Assembly (NCBI GenBank): GCA_934502885.1
Contig: CAKSUT010000002.1
Coordinates: 76,554 to 140,553, forward strand
Origin: an uncultured Eubacteriales bacterium
GTDB lineage: Bacteria; Bacillota; Clostridia; Oscillospirales; CAG-382
Reading direction: 5' to 3'
Length of the DNA stretch: 64,000 bases
A program made the translations under genes and the position numbers. How positions within the stretch are numbered: position 1 is the first letter of the stretch; each line of letters begins with the position of its first letter. A model generated the notes under the pieces. The model ran no database searches. It was not told the origin of the DNA and worked only from the letters and a program-made list of their open reading frames with translations. This document shows, in pieces, positions 9,025 to 18,330 of this stretch.

Positions 9025-9393
9025 TCAAATGAGCATTGTTATCACGGTGTCGCAAAGCACAACCGCTATCGGCGGCAGAGCCGTGAACACCAAAAGCTTT
9101 ATTCTGAAATCCGCTTTGCGAAGAAAAGCTTTGTCACTTTCGGTGAGCTTTCCGCACTTTTCAAAGTCAAACTTTTCTTCGGGTACAGCCTCCGCCTTTT
9201 TCCGCAGATTTATCACGTTTACGTAAATAACCGCATAAAGAACCGCGCAAATGCTTATAAGCGCGATAAAGGCGTAATTCACCGCCGAAAAGACCGCGGC
9301 GTTTTGCGAATTCACTGCCGCAACGTAAATTGCGACGGTAATCACAGCCCATGCGGCAAGTCCGACCGCTTTTTTTACTTTATTTTTATTCAT
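9025..9393 (-). CDS. Small hypothetical membrane protein (about 3 TM helices)
   Basis: ORF track only. It has hydrophobic segments and no recognisable motif. Confidence 0.4.
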   Translation of the reverse strand: MNKNKVKKAVGLAAWAVITVAIYVAAVNSQNAAVFSAVNYAFIALISICAVLYAVIYVNVINLRKKAEAVPEEKFDFEKCGKLTESDKAFLRKADFRIKLLVFTALPPIAVVLCDTVITMLI

Positions 9394-9493
9394 ACCGCCG
9401 TTTGCTCCCAGCCGAGTTTAATGCAGTGAGCGGAGTGCAGTTTCCGCACTCCGCACCGTTTATTTTGTGTTTTGCGTTTTGCAACACCGTGTT

Positions 9494-10816
9494 TCACTTG
9501 CAGAGCTTATCGAGCATTACCGCGCCGTAGAGACGAACCTTGAGGACATATGCGCTGTCCTTTCCGAATACGCTTCTCATGAGCGCATTGAACTCCCCGA
9601 CGTACTTATTGGGCACGAACGCCTGGATTGTGCCTGCAAAACCGCCGCCGTGTACTCTGTAAGCGGTGTCGGGCTTGTCGTTGAGAACTTCGCCTGCAAG
9701 AGCGAGAGCGAGAGATATTCCCTGTTCCTCGACGTTCTTTACGGTGAAAGCGTTCTGGAGCATGGTTGCGGAAGAAAGTCCCGATTCCTTAACACCCTTG
9801 AGGAACGCCTTTATATCGCCCTTCTTGAGAGCTTCGGTCTGAGCGATAACTCTCTCGTTTTCGTTGCAGAAGTGGAGCGCACGCATAACCGCTCTGTCTC
9901 CAAACTTTGCTCTGAGTGCCGGAATTGCGGCAATTATCTCCTTCTTGTCGATGCCTCTGAGGTAAGGCTTTCCGAAATAGCCGGCAACAGCCTTCATCTC
10001 GGCAGGTATGGACGCATAGTCGTCGTTAAGGTCGGCGTGGTTTCCGCCGGTATTTACGATGCAGAGAGAATAACCGTGAGCGTAGAGGTCGAAATCGAGC
10101 TTCTCGACAACGGGAGCCGCGGTGTCAAGAAAATCAATGGCAACAAAGCCGCCGACCGCGCAAGCCGTCTGATCCATGAGTCCGCAGGGCTTGCCGAAGT
10201 GTACGTTCTCGGCATACTGCGAAATCTTCGCTATCTGTACAGCGTCGATAACGCCGCCGTTGTAGAAGTGGTTGAGGATATTTCCGACCATTACCTCAAA
10301 CGCTGCGGAGGACGAAAGTCCGGAGCCTTTGAGAACATTGGAGGTCGTATATGCGTAGTAGCCGCCGTATACGTGACCGCAGTTCTGGAGTCCGTCGCAC
10401 ATACCTCTGATAATTGCGGAGGCCTTATAGTACTCGTCCTTTACTACGGTCTTGACGTCCTCGAGAGAAACGATATCCTCGGGGAAGCCTTCGGACTTTA
10501 TTCTTATCTCAGGCTTGTCGGTCTTTGCCGCAACAGCGATTATATCAAGGCTTATGGAAGCCGCGATAACCTTGCCGTGGTTATGATCCGTGTGGTTGCC
10601 GGAAATCTCGCTTCTGCCGGGAACGGAGAAGAGCGAAACATCGGAATCTGCAGGAAGCTTATCCGCGTAAAGCTCCGCGAACCTGTCAACAGCTATCGCA
10701 TATCTTGCGCGAACGTCGCAGATATCGCAGTCGTCGCCGTAGAGCTTTTTGAAAGCGGTATCGAATTTTCCGTCGAGGACGGCGGACTTTATCTCTGTAA
10801 TCTTCATATTTTTCAT
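9494..10816 (-). CDS. Galactokinase-family GHMP sugar kinase
   Basis: Galactokinase signature GRSEISGNHTDHNHG and GHMP ATP motif GSGLSSSAAF. An alternative start at 10807 (MKITEIK) has better RBS spacing. Confidence 0.75.
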   Translation of the reverse strand: MKNMKITEIKSAVLDGKFDTAFKKLYGDDCDICDVRARYAIAVDRFAELYADKLPADSDVSLFSVPGRSEISGNHTDHNHGKVIAASISLDIIAVAAKTDKPEIRIKSEGFPEDIVSLEDVKTVVKDEYYKASAIIRGMCDGLQNCGHVYGGYYAYTTSNVLKGSGLSSSAAFEVMVGNILNHFYNGGVIDAVQIAKISQYAENVHFGKPCGLMDQTACAVGGFVAIDFLDTAAPVVEKLDFDLYAHGYSLCIVNTGGNHADLNDDYASIPAEMKAVAGYFGKPYLRGIDKKEIIAAIPALRAKFGDRAVMRALHFCNENERVIAQTEALKKGDIKAFLKGVKESGLSSATMLQNAFTVKNVEEQGISLALALAGEVLNDKPDTAYRVHGGGFAGTIQAFVPNKYVGEFNALMRSVFGKDSAYVLKVRLYGAVMLDKLCK

Positions 10817-10991
10817 TTCCTTTCGAGAAAATTTTTTTGTTGCCTCGGGACTGCTTCACACCGCAGTCTCCGTCTTTTACAGTATACCATCCCGGAATGA
10901 ATTTTTCATCACTATTTCTTAAACTCGGCGTAACTATCAACGCTTGCTTGGCGGTCATGCCGTTTGAAATAAAGAATTAACACAATAAACC

Positions 10992-11020
10992 TTGAAATAG
11001 CGTCCGCATGAATATATAAT
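10992..11020 (+). promoter_or_regulatory. Sigma-A-type promoter for the exonuclease/M16 gene pair
   Basis: TTGAAA (10992-10997), a 17-nt spacer, then TATAAT (11015-11020), about 40 nt before the GTG start. Confidence 0.5.
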
Positions 11021-11059
11021 ATTTGTTTGGTATATTATCATACGGGAGGAGACTGACGG

Positions 11060-11971
11060 GTGCATTACATTGCCGTTGACTTCGAGTGGAATCAGCCGCT
11101 TGAGGGCGCGCAGAGGATAAAAATCGGCGAAGACGAATTTCTGTGCGGTGAGATAATCCAGATAGGCGCGGTGAAGGCGGACGAGAAATTCCGCAAAATT
11201 TCCGAATTTAACGCCTTTGTAAAACCGGTGAAGTATGTCAAGATAAACCGCCGCGTCGAAAGCATAACCGGCATCACGTCGGAGATGACGCAGAATTGCG
11301 AAACGTTTCCGGAGGTCTGCGAAAAATTCCGCAGATGGTGCGGCGACGACGCAATGTTCATAACGTGGGGCTTTGACGACATACGTGTTCTCAGGCAAAA
11401 CTGCGAGATGAACTCCTTTGACTGCTCATGGTTCACGAAGTGGATAAACCTTCAGGTCATATACGGAATGCAGAATCCGTCCGAGCCTTTGCAGAAATCG
11501 CTCTCGGGCGCTATGGAGCATTTCGGCATCAAGATGAGTGAAAAGCTTCCCATGCACAATGCACTGAGCGACGCTTACTACACATATATTATCTGCACTC
11601 TTCTCGACACAAAAAGCGGAATTGCGAGCTATCCGCACAGCGGAAAGTACGACAGATTCCGTCCCAAGAACCGCTTTGGAAAGTCGCTCAAAACGGTTCA
11701 CGGCGGCTTTGACACGAAAAAGGCGGCGTTCTTGAGCAGTGAGGTTTCGGTGTGTCCGTGTCCACTGTGCGAAAGACCTCTCGACGGTATACGCTGGATA
11801 AGAAAGCACAATCTGCGCTACCGCTCAAAAGGAATATGCTCAGAACACGGAGAGTACACAGTAAGGCTTTCCTTTAAACGTGAGTCGGGCGCGTGGAGTG
11901 TTACGAAGGTGACTTTCCATCCCACAGCCTCCGAAGCCGAAAGCTCCACGAAAGGCGGAGAAAATGAATAA
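11060..11971 (+). CDS. DEDDh 3'-5' exonuclease (ERI-1/KapD-like) with Cys-rich C-terminal extension
   Basis: GTG start after GGGAGGAG. Motifs: Exo I AVDFEWN, an Exo II-like region, and Exo III HNALSDAYYT. C-terminal segment VCPCPLCERPL...GICSEHG. Confidence 0.7.
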   Translation: MHYIAVDFEWNQPLEGAQRIKIGEDEFLCGEIIQIGAVKADEKFRKISEFNAFVKPVKYVKINRRVESITGITSEMTQNCETFPEVCEKFRRWCGDDAMFITWGFDDIRVLRQNCEMNSFDCSWFTKWINLQVIYGMQNPSEPLQKSLSGAMEHFGIKMSEKLPMHNALSDAYYTYIICTLLDTKSGIASYPHSGKYDRFRPKNRFGKSLKTVHGGFDTKKAAFLSSEVSVCPCPLCERPLDGIRWIRKHNLRYRSKGICSEHGEYTVRLSFKRESGAWSVTKVTFHPTASEAESSTKGGENE

Positions 11972-13232
11972 CGGTTACACTGTATCTGAAAACGGAGTTG
12001 TTATCCGTCACTTCTGCACCCCGGCGCTTCACGGTTTCTGCCTTTGTCTTTATATAAAAGCCGGCGCTCTTTACGAGTCCGACAGCGAAAACGGAATATC
12101 GCACTTTTGGGAGCATATGCTGTTTCGGAGCGTAAACAACGCTCTCGGCGGCGAGCTTTACCGCAAAATAGACAGTCTCGGCGCGACCTTCGACGCCGTA
12201 ACCTACCGTGAACTCATTCAGCTTCGCATAAGCGGCGCAAAGGAGAAGTTCCGCGAATGCGCGGAGCTTTTGACGACGGTCTTCACACCTTTTTCGGCAA
12301 GCGCCGCCGAGACCGACATTGAGCGGCGGCGTATTAAGTCCGAGATACGCGAGAGCGACGAGCCGACGTCTCTCGACTTTTTTACGCGCAAAGCCGTTTG
12401 GCACGGAACGTCTCTCGAAAAACCCATAATCGGCAGTCGCGGCATTCTCGACAAAATCGGTCCGACAGCTCTTGCAAAGGCGCAGGAACGCACACTCACG
12501 CCCGAAAACATCTTTTTCTGCCTTACGGGAGCGTTCACGGAAAGCGACGTTGAGTACCTCGCGCGCCTTGTCGGGAAATATGCGCTTCTTCACGCTCCCG
12601 AACGCGGCAACCTTGCTCCCCTCCCCTCCGACTTCGGCAAAAGAGGATCGCAGGTTCTTATAAAAAACAGCGATTGCAGTATTGTCCGCTTCAACTTTGA
12701 CGCCGACTGCTCCGGGATGACTCAGGCAGAGCAATATCTTTTATACGACGTGCTTTTCAGCGGCGAATGCTCCATGCTTTTTAAGTCGCTGTCCGACGAA
12801 ACGGGACTCGTTTACAGCTACGACGCCTGTTTCGAGAAGTACAACAACGCCGGAAATCTGTATTTTTATTATGAGCTTGCAAACGGAAAGATATACGAAG
12901 CCGTCGAAAGGACAATGGCGGTGCTAAACGCATTGAGAAACTCCGCACCGAAAGATTTTGAGTGTACAAAGGCGGCCTACATCATAAACTCGGGACTTCT
13001 TCTCGACGACCCGGAGGAGCTTAACTGGCAGATTGGCTACGAATACTACGTCATGGGACGTGAATTTGTGAGTATTGAGGACAGGCGCGAGAGTTTTCGG
13101 AGCGTCAGCGCGGAGAGAATAAGCGAAATTGCGCGTGAGATTTTCACGCCGGACAATTTTGTTCTCACAATGAAGGCACCGAAAAAGAAAACCGACGCCG
13201 AAAAAGTACGGAATTTGCTGAAATTCGTGTAA
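11964..13232 (+). CDS. M16 (pitrilysin/insulinase) family zinc peptidase
   Basis: Inverted zinc motif HFWEH (HxxEH) near the N-terminus. Length is 422 aa. It overlaps the upstream gene by 8 nt. Confidence 0.7.
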   Translation: MNNGYTVSENGVVIRHFCTPALHGFCLCLYIKAGALYESDSENGISHFWEHMLFRSVNNALGGELYRKIDSLGATFDAVTYRELIQLRISGAKEKFRECAELLTTVFTPFSASAAETDIERRRIKSEIRESDEPTSLDFFTRKAVWHGTSLEKPIIGSRGILDKIGPTALAKAQERTLTPENIFFCLTGAFTESDVEYLARLVGKYALLHAPERGNLAPLPSDFGKRGSQVLIKNSDCSIVRFNFDADCSGMTQAEQYLLYDVLFSGECSMLFKSLSDETGLVYSYDACFEKYNNAGNLYFYYELANGKIYEAVERTMAVLNALRNSAPKDFECTKAAYIINSGLLLDDPEELNWQIGYEYYVMGREFVSIEDRRESFRSVSAERISEIAREIFTPDNFVLTMKAPKKKTDAEKVRNLLKFV

Positions 13233-13271
13233 AAGGTTAGTTTTTATAAAGTAAGAAGTTAGTTTTTTCTC

Positions 13272-13300
13272 TTGCAAAATGCCTCACGTAATGGTATACT
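13272..13300 (+). promoter_or_regulatory. Sigma-A-type promoter (extended -10) for the fucosidase gene
   Basis: TTGCAA, a 17-nt spacer, then TGgTATACT. Confidence 0.5.
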
Positions 13301-13351
13301 TAAGTCAAACGGCAGACACGCCGACACAATACATTTACGGAGGACAACAAA

Positions 13352-14662
13352 ATGTCAAGCTACGTTACAAAAAAGACTCCCGGCGACACAAGCTGGTTCG
13401 TTCGCGACAGATTCGGAATGTTTATTCACTGGGGACTCTATTCCATGCCGGCAAGACACGAATGGATAAAGAACCATGAGCGCATTCCCGAGGAAAAGTA
13501 CGACAAGTATTTCGAGTACTTTGATCCAGACCTTTACGATCCCAAAGAATGGGCAAGACAGGCAAAAGCGGCGGGGATGAAGTATGTCGTTCTCACAACG
13601 AAGCATCACGAGGGCTTCTGTATGTTCGACACGAAGTACACCGATTACAAGTGCACCAACACAAAGGCAGGTCGCGACCTTGTGAGAGAGTACGTTGACG
13701 CTTTCAGAGCGGAGGGGCTTCACATAGGCTTCTATTACTCCCTCATCGACTGGCATCATCCCGACTTTGTAATCGACCATATTCACCCGAGAGCATACGA
13801 CGCAAATGTTGATGAACTCAACGAAGGCAGAGATATGCACAAGTACGCCGAATATATGAGAAATCAGGTAACTGAGCTTCTTACAAACTACGGCAAGATA
13901 GACATTCTTTGGTTCGACTTCTCCTACGGTGCTGTTCAGAATCCCCCGAGACCATGGATGAAAGGCAAAGGCAAGAAGGATTGGGAAGCAGAGGAGCTTA
14001 TCGCTACCGCAAGAAAGCTCCAGCCCGGCATCATAATCGACAACCGTACGGAAATTGAACAGGATATTCGTACCCCCGAACAGTATCAGCCACAGGCATG
14101 GCCGAAAGACAATAACGGCAATTTCTGCGTTTGGGAGGCTTGCCAGACTTTCTCCGGTTCGTGGGGATACTACAGAGACGAGATGACATGGAAGAGTCCC
14201 GAGATGCTCATTCAGATGCTCATAAACACTGTTTCTCTCGGTGGAAATCTTCTCATGAACGTCGGTCCGACATCAAGAGGATATCTCGACCACAGAGCCG
14301 AGGCGGCACTCAAGGTATACGCCGACTGGATGAAGTACAACAGCCGCTCTATTTACGGTTGCACGATGGCAGAACCCGAATTCGTTGCTCCCAACGGCTG
14401 CAAGTTCACACAGAGCGAGGACGGCAAGCGTCTTTACGTCCATCTTTTCGATTACCCCTTTCAGTTTCTTGAGCTTCCGGGGTTTGCCGGCAAGGTGGAT
14501 TATGCGCAGTTCCTCCACGATGGCAGTGAGCTTCTCATGAAGGAGGGAGACAGCGGTCACTTTTCCGAAGGCAAAACGAAGGCTTCGGATGTTCTCTTCA
14601 TAAAACTTCCCATTGTTAAGCCGAACATGATAGTTCCCGTAATCGAGCTGTTCCTTAAATAA
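13352..14662 (+). CDS. Alpha-L-fucosidase (GH29), no signal peptide
   Basis: DRFGMFIHWGLYSMPARHEW and KHHEGFCMFDTKYTDY are typical GH29 blocks. Confidence 0.85.
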   Translation: MSSYVTKKTPGDTSWFVRDRFGMFIHWGLYSMPARHEWIKNHERIPEEKYDKYFEYFDPDLYDPKEWARQAKAAGMKYVVLTTKHHEGFCMFDTKYTDYKCTNTKAGRDLVREYVDAFRAEGLHIGFYYSLIDWHHPDFVIDHIHPRAYDANVDELNEGRDMHKYAEYMRNQVTELLTNYGKIDILWFDFSYGAVQNPPRPWMKGKGKKDWEAEELIATARKLQPGIIIDNRTEIEQDIRTPEQYQPQAWPKDNNGNFCVWEACQTFSGSWGYYRDEMTWKSPEMLIQMLINTVSLGGNLLMNVGPTSRGYLDHRAEAALKVYADWMKYNSRSIYGCTMAEPEFVAPNGCKFTQSEDGKRLYVHLFDYPFQFLELPGFAGKVDYAQFLHDGSELLMKEGDSGHFSEGKTKASDVLFIKLPIVKPNMIVPVIELFLK

Positions 14663-14676
14663 TGTAAAAAATTTAA

Positions 14677-14708
14677 AGAGAGGCATCTTTCGGTGTCTCT
14701 CTTTTTTC
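14677..14708 (+). terminator. Rho-independent terminator after the fucosidase gene
   Basis: AGAGAGGCAUC-UUUC-GGUGUCUCUCU (two G-U pairs) followed by UUUUUU. Confidence 0.7.
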
Positions 14709-14715
14709 TATGACG

Positions 14716-14750
14716 CATAAAAAAGACACGAACCGAAAACGATTCGTGCC
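14716..14750 (-). terminator. Rho-independent terminator after tsf
   Basis: Minus strand: GGCACGAA...UUCGUGUC hairpin (14725-14750) followed by UUUUUUAUGCG, 24 nt after the tsf stop. Confidence 0.7.
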
Positions 14751-14773
14751 TTAATTTATACTGTTTTATCGGA

Positions 14774-15694
14774 TTAGTTAGCACCGCCGGTGAGCTTTGC
14801 AACCTCTGCCGCGAGGTCATCGCTTCTCTTTTCGATGCCTTCGCCCTTTTCAAAGCGATAGAACGAATTGATTGCAAGGTTGATGCCGAGAGCCTTAGCT
14901 TCGTCAGCAACGTAAGCCTTAACCTTCTTGGAGTCGTCCTTTACATACTCCTGCTCAAGGAGGCAGTTTGTATCGTAGAACTTGCCGATCTTACCGAGAA
15001 CCATCTTTTCCTTGATGTTTTCGGGCTTCTTTGCGTTAGCTTCGTCGTTGTTAATCTGAACGAGGAGAATGTTCTTCTCTTCCTCGAGAACGCTTGCGGG
15101 AACGCTGTCCTTGTCGAGGTACTTCGGATTCATTGCGGCGATCTGGAGTGCGATATTCTTGAGAACTGCCTTTACTTCGTCGCTGTCGTTGTCGGCGTCA
15201 GCCTTAACGATAACACCTATTGTGCCGCCCATGTGGATGTATGAATTGAGAATACCCTCAACCTCTACGAAACGTCTGATTGTAAGCTTCTCGCCGATCT
15301 CAAAGATCTTGTTCTTGAGAGTGGTCTCAACCGTGTCGTCTGTGCCTGTGTACTTGCAAGCCATGAGAGCGTCAACGTCTGTGGGCTTATTCTCAATGAT
15401 TGTCTTGAGGAGTCCCTTAACGAAGCTCTGGAAGTTTGCGTTCTTTGCAACGAAGTCAGTCTCGGAGTTAACCTCGATCATGACTGCCTTGTTGCCTTCT
15501 ACCAATATATCAACGATACCGTCAGCTGCGATTCTGTCCGCTTTCTTCTCTGCAACCTTGAGTCCCTTCTCGCGAAGGATCTTGATTGCTTCGTCCATAT
15601 CGCCGTTTGCTTCGGAAAGTGCCTTCTTGCACTCCATCATGCCGATACCGGTCTTAGCTCTGAGTGTGGATACGTCCTTAGCTGTAAAAGCCAT
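14774..15694 (-). CDS. tsf: Translation elongation factor Ts
   Basis: MAFTAKDVSTLRAKTGIGMMECKKALSEANGDMDEAIKILREKG is the canonical EF-Ts N-terminus. It lies downstream of rpsB. Confidence 0.95.
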   Translation of the reverse strand: MAFTAKDVSTLRAKTGIGMMECKKALSEANGDMDEAIKILREKGLKVAEKKADRIAADGIVDILVEGNKAVMIEVNSETDFVAKNANFQSFVKGLLKTIIENKPTDVDALMACKYTGTDDTVETTLKNKIFEIGEKLTIRRFVEVEGILNSYIHMGGTIGVIVKADADNDSDEVKAVLKNIALQIAAMNPKYLDKDSVPASVLEEEKNILLVQINNDEANAKKPENIKEKMVLGKIGKFYDTNCLLEQEYVKDDSKKVKAYVADEAKALGINLAINSFYRFEKGEGIEKRSDDLAAEVAKLTGGAN

Positions 15695-15721
15695 TGTACT
15701 TTCCTCCTGTATATTATGATT

Positions 15722-15743
15722 GAGCCGAGATCTCTCCCGGCTC
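15722..15743 (-). other. Intercistronic stem-loop between rpsB and tsf
   Basis: Minus strand: GAGCCGGGA-GAGA-UCUCGGCUC, a 9-bp stem with a GAGA loop and no U-tract. It may set differential expression or act as a processing element. Confidence 0.4.
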
Positions 15744-15756
15744 GGGATTTATTCGA

Positions 15757-16494
15757 TTACTCTGCGTCTGTCTCTTCGGCAGAGGCTTCCTCGGTGTTGC
15801 CGGAAAGCTGTTCGCCCTGTCTGCCCTCGATAACTGCGTCTGCCATTACGGAGAGGATGAGCTTGATGCCGCGAATAGCGTCATCGTTGCCGGGGATTAC
15901 ATAGTCAACTTCGTCGGGATCGCAGTTGGTGTCAACGATAGCAACTATCGGAATACCGAGCTTCTTTGCTTCCGCTACTGCGTTTCTTTCCTTCTTGGGG
16001 TCAACTATAAAGATAGCTGCGGGAAGTCCCTTCATGTTCTTGATACCGCCGAGATTTCTCTCGAGGTCGTTGATTTCCTTAACAAGGGAGATAACTTCCT
16101 TCTTGGGGAGAAGATCGAAAGTACCGTCGTCCTCCATCTGATGAAGAGCGTTGAGGCGTGCTATGGACTTCTTGATTGTCTTGAAGTTTGTGAGCATACC
16201 GCCGAGCCAACGGACGTTTACAAAGTATACGCCTGCTCTCTCTGCCTCTTCCTTGATAGCGTCGGAAGCCTGCTTCTTCGTACCTACGAAGAGAACATCG
16301 CCGCCGTCCATTGCTACCTGGCGAATAAACATATAAGCTTCCTCGAGCTTCTTGACCGTCTTCTGAAGGTCAATGATGTATACGCCGTTTCTTTCGGTGA
16401 AGATGTACTCTGCCATCTTAGGGTTCCATCTTCTTGTTTGATGTCCGAAGTGAACACCTGCTTCGAGAAGCTGCTTCATGGATACTACTGACAT
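15757..16494 (-). CDS. rpsB: 30S ribosomal protein S2
   Basis: ORF 15757..16557 trimmed to [25 protein letters not shown] (ATG 16494, after AAAGGAGGA). Confidence 0.95.
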   Translation of the reverse strand: MSVVSMKQLLEAGVHFGHQTRRWNPKMAEYIFTERNGVYIIDLQKTVKKLEEAYMFIRQVAMDGGDVLFVGTKKQASDAIKEEAERAGVYFVNVRWLGGMLTNFKTIKKSIARLNALHQMEDDGTFDLLPKKEVISLVKEINDLERNLGGIKNMKGLPAAIFIVDPKKERNAVAEAKKLGIPIVAIVDTNCDPDEVDYVIPGNDDAIRGIKLILSVMADAVIEGRQGEQLSGNTEEASAEETDAE

Positions 16495-16625
16495 TTTATG
16501 TCCTCCTTTGGGTTTAACCCTCCACCTCACGCTTGCCGTCGGCACATCGTTCCTCACGGAACAACACCCATAGCCGAGCGAGCGGTGTGTGTAATATTAT
16601 CGTGTCAACAGAACACGACTGCAAC

Positions 16626-16654
16626 ATTATACCACACTTTGCAATTGCATTCAA
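16626..16654 (-). promoter_or_regulatory. Sigma-A-type promoter (extended -10) for rpsB-tsf
   Basis: Minus strand: TTGAAT (16649-16654), a 17-nt spacer, then TGgTATAAT (-10 at 16626-16631). This leaves a leader of about 125-130 nt. Confidence 0.6.
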
Positions 16655-16696
16655 TGGTTTGTCTTGCCTTTTTACAATAATTTAACAATTTAAGGT

Positions 16697-17662
16697 TCAA
16701 AACTCCGGTCTGAACGTGTCTTTCCACTCAATATACGGATTTCCGTCGGCGTCAAAGAGGATTTTCAGCACAACGTAGGTCGAATTTGCGTAATACTCCG
16801 CCGTGTCGTTTTCCTCGAGCCTTAAGTTTACTCCTTTATAGCACCATCTGTCGCCGAAATAGTAGTAGTCCGTGCCGCCGTCGGATTTATGCACCGGAAG
16901 CACGAACGCCGGCTGTGACGCAAAGGTCGTTTCGTCGCCGAAAAGCTCAAGATCGCGCCAGCCGTCCCCTATCCCGTCCGACCTCGAGTACTTTCCCTGG
17001 TTGGGTTCCCAGCCGGTGCAGTAAGAATTGAGCATGAAGTATTCGCCGTTCTTTTTGAAAAGTGCCGGTGCTTCTCTCATTTCTCCCTGCCACAGTGTGC
17101 CGACGAACTTCGCGGCATTGAGATAATCGTCGCTGAGGCGGTAAACGTGAGTATCAAGGTTATTTCGGGAGGAGGACACAAAGTACGCCTTGCCGTCATC
17201 GTCGCAGAAAAGTGTGCAGTCGCGCGACATTTCGCCGAAAGGACGGAAAGAGCCGAGATATGTAAACTCTCCGTCGGGCGTATCGGACACGGCGACGCAA
17301 GCACGGGCGGCGTCGTAATTCTCGCCGTTTTCATAGTGAGCCCACATCACAAATTTGCCGGTTTTCTCGTTGTATGCAACCTTCGGGCGTTCAATATTCA
17401 CCTTGCCGCCGTTTTCATTCACGAGGGAAATATCCGACTTCACGCGGTGTTCGGCGCAGGGTGAGAACTTTGTGAGGACATTTCCGCGAAACTCCCAGTT
17501 CAGAAGGTCACGTGATCTGTAGCAGGAGACAAAATTGTCGCCGAGGCGGTTCTCGCCGTACCACCGGTAAAAGCCGCCGTGTTCTATTATGTGACCGCCG
17601 TGCGCCTGAATGGGATTGCCGTCGGTATCGAGCCAAAGCGTGCCGTTCTTATACTCAGTCAT
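16697..17662 (-). CDS. Glycoside hydrolase family 43 (five-bladed propeller), no signal peptide
   Basis: WLDTDGNPIQAHGGHIIEHGGFYRWYGE, FRGNVL, ERPKV and MREAPALFKKNGEYFM blocks are typical of GH43. Confidence 0.7.
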   Translation of the reverse strand: MTEYKNGTLWLDTDGNPIQAHGGHIIEHGGFYRWYGENRLGDNFVSCYRSRDLLNWEFRGNVLTKFSPCAEHRVKSDISLVNENGGKVNIERPKVAYNEKTGKFVMWAHYENGENYDAARACVAVSDTPDGEFTYLGSFRPFGEMSRDCTLFCDDDGKAYFVSSSRNNLDTHVYRLSDDYLNAAKFVGTLWQGEMREAPALFKKNGEYFMLNSYCTGWEPNQGKYSRSDGIGDGWRDLELFGDETTFASQPAFVLPVHKSDGGTDYYYFGDRWCYKGVNLRLEENDTAEYYANSTYVVLKILFDADGNPYIEWKDTFRPEF

Positions 17663-18329
17663 ATCTCATTTTTTCCTTTGAAAGTCTTATTACTTCAGTC
17701 TTTATTGCGGCAAAAAGCTTATCCGAGATTTCCTCCATGCCGAGGTCGTTCGGGTGATTGTGAAGTCCGTGAGTTTCGGGGCGTGTTCTCGTCTCACCAA
17801 GCTCGATGTATGCGTCGCCGTACTTTTCGCAGACGATTTTCTTGCCGGCGTCGAGTGCGGGTTTGATGTAAAAGCCCTCGATTGTATACACCTTTGTTTG
17901 AGCGGTGCTGACGAGATTTCTGAAAGCCTCATAAGCCTTTGCAAAGCCTTCGGTATCGTTCACGTATCCTTTGGGAACATTTGCGCCGAAGAACATAACG
18001 AGAATATCGGGCTTGAATTCCGCTGCGTTTGCGTACTGCTCCAAAGCGCCGTTCATATACCCTCTCTCGTAGTCCGCGACCTGAGTTATCGCAAATGCGG
18101 CATCCGGATCATACTCATATATCTTTTTCATCGTGAGATGTACGTAGTCCTTTTCAAGACAGCTTGCCGCCATGCCGCAGTCACGTTCCCAGCCGATATC
18201 GGGTTTGGGTGCGTGCTTTGTTATGGAATTTCCGGCAAACATTATGCGAAGTCCCGTTCCCTCGTGAGGATAAAAATTGCCGGAATTTTGATTTTTTGAC
18301 GAAACGATGTTTTCCTGCAAATCTTTCAT
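17655..18329 (-). CDS. SGNH/GDSL-like hydrolase (esterase)
   Basis: ORF 17655..18413 trimmed to MKDLQENIV (the upstream gene ends at 18331). Block I is the variant MFAGNSIT. A later HNHPNDLG block is present. Confidence 0.5.
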   Translation of the reverse strand: MKDLQENIVSSKNQNSGNFYPHEGTGLRIMFAGNSITKHAPKPDIGWERDCGMAASCLEKDYVHLTMKKIYEYDPDAAFAITQVADYERGYMNGALEQYANAAEFKPDILVMFFGANVPKGYVNDTEGFAKAYEAFRNLVSTAQTKVYTIEGFYIKPALDAGKKIVCEKYGDAYIELGETRTRPETHGLHNHPNDLGMEEISDKLFAAIKTEVIRLSKEKMRYD

Positions 18330-18330
18330 G

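Noticed and set aside
9430-9480. A strong hairpin (GCGGAGUGC-loop-GCACUCCGC) followed by a U-rich tract on the plus strand, although both flanking genes are on the minus strand. This could be an orphan sRNA terminator.
   Set aside because: No plus-strand promoter or ORF lies upstream. The hairpin sits exactly where the galactokinase-family gene needs a terminator, so it is most simply a stem acting on the minus-strand transcript or bidirectionally.
9467-10900. A 477-aa plus-strand ORF. Similar long ORFs occur at 28403-29803, 42465-43682, 57238-58344 and 58792-60087.
   Set aside because: Each lies antisense to a gene with unmistakable family motifs: galactokinase, trpS/tagO, thyX/tagA, Wzy and Wzz-GGDEF. 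Their translations are R/V/L/S-rich with no recognisable motif. Long stop-free antisense frames are expected from this codon usage.
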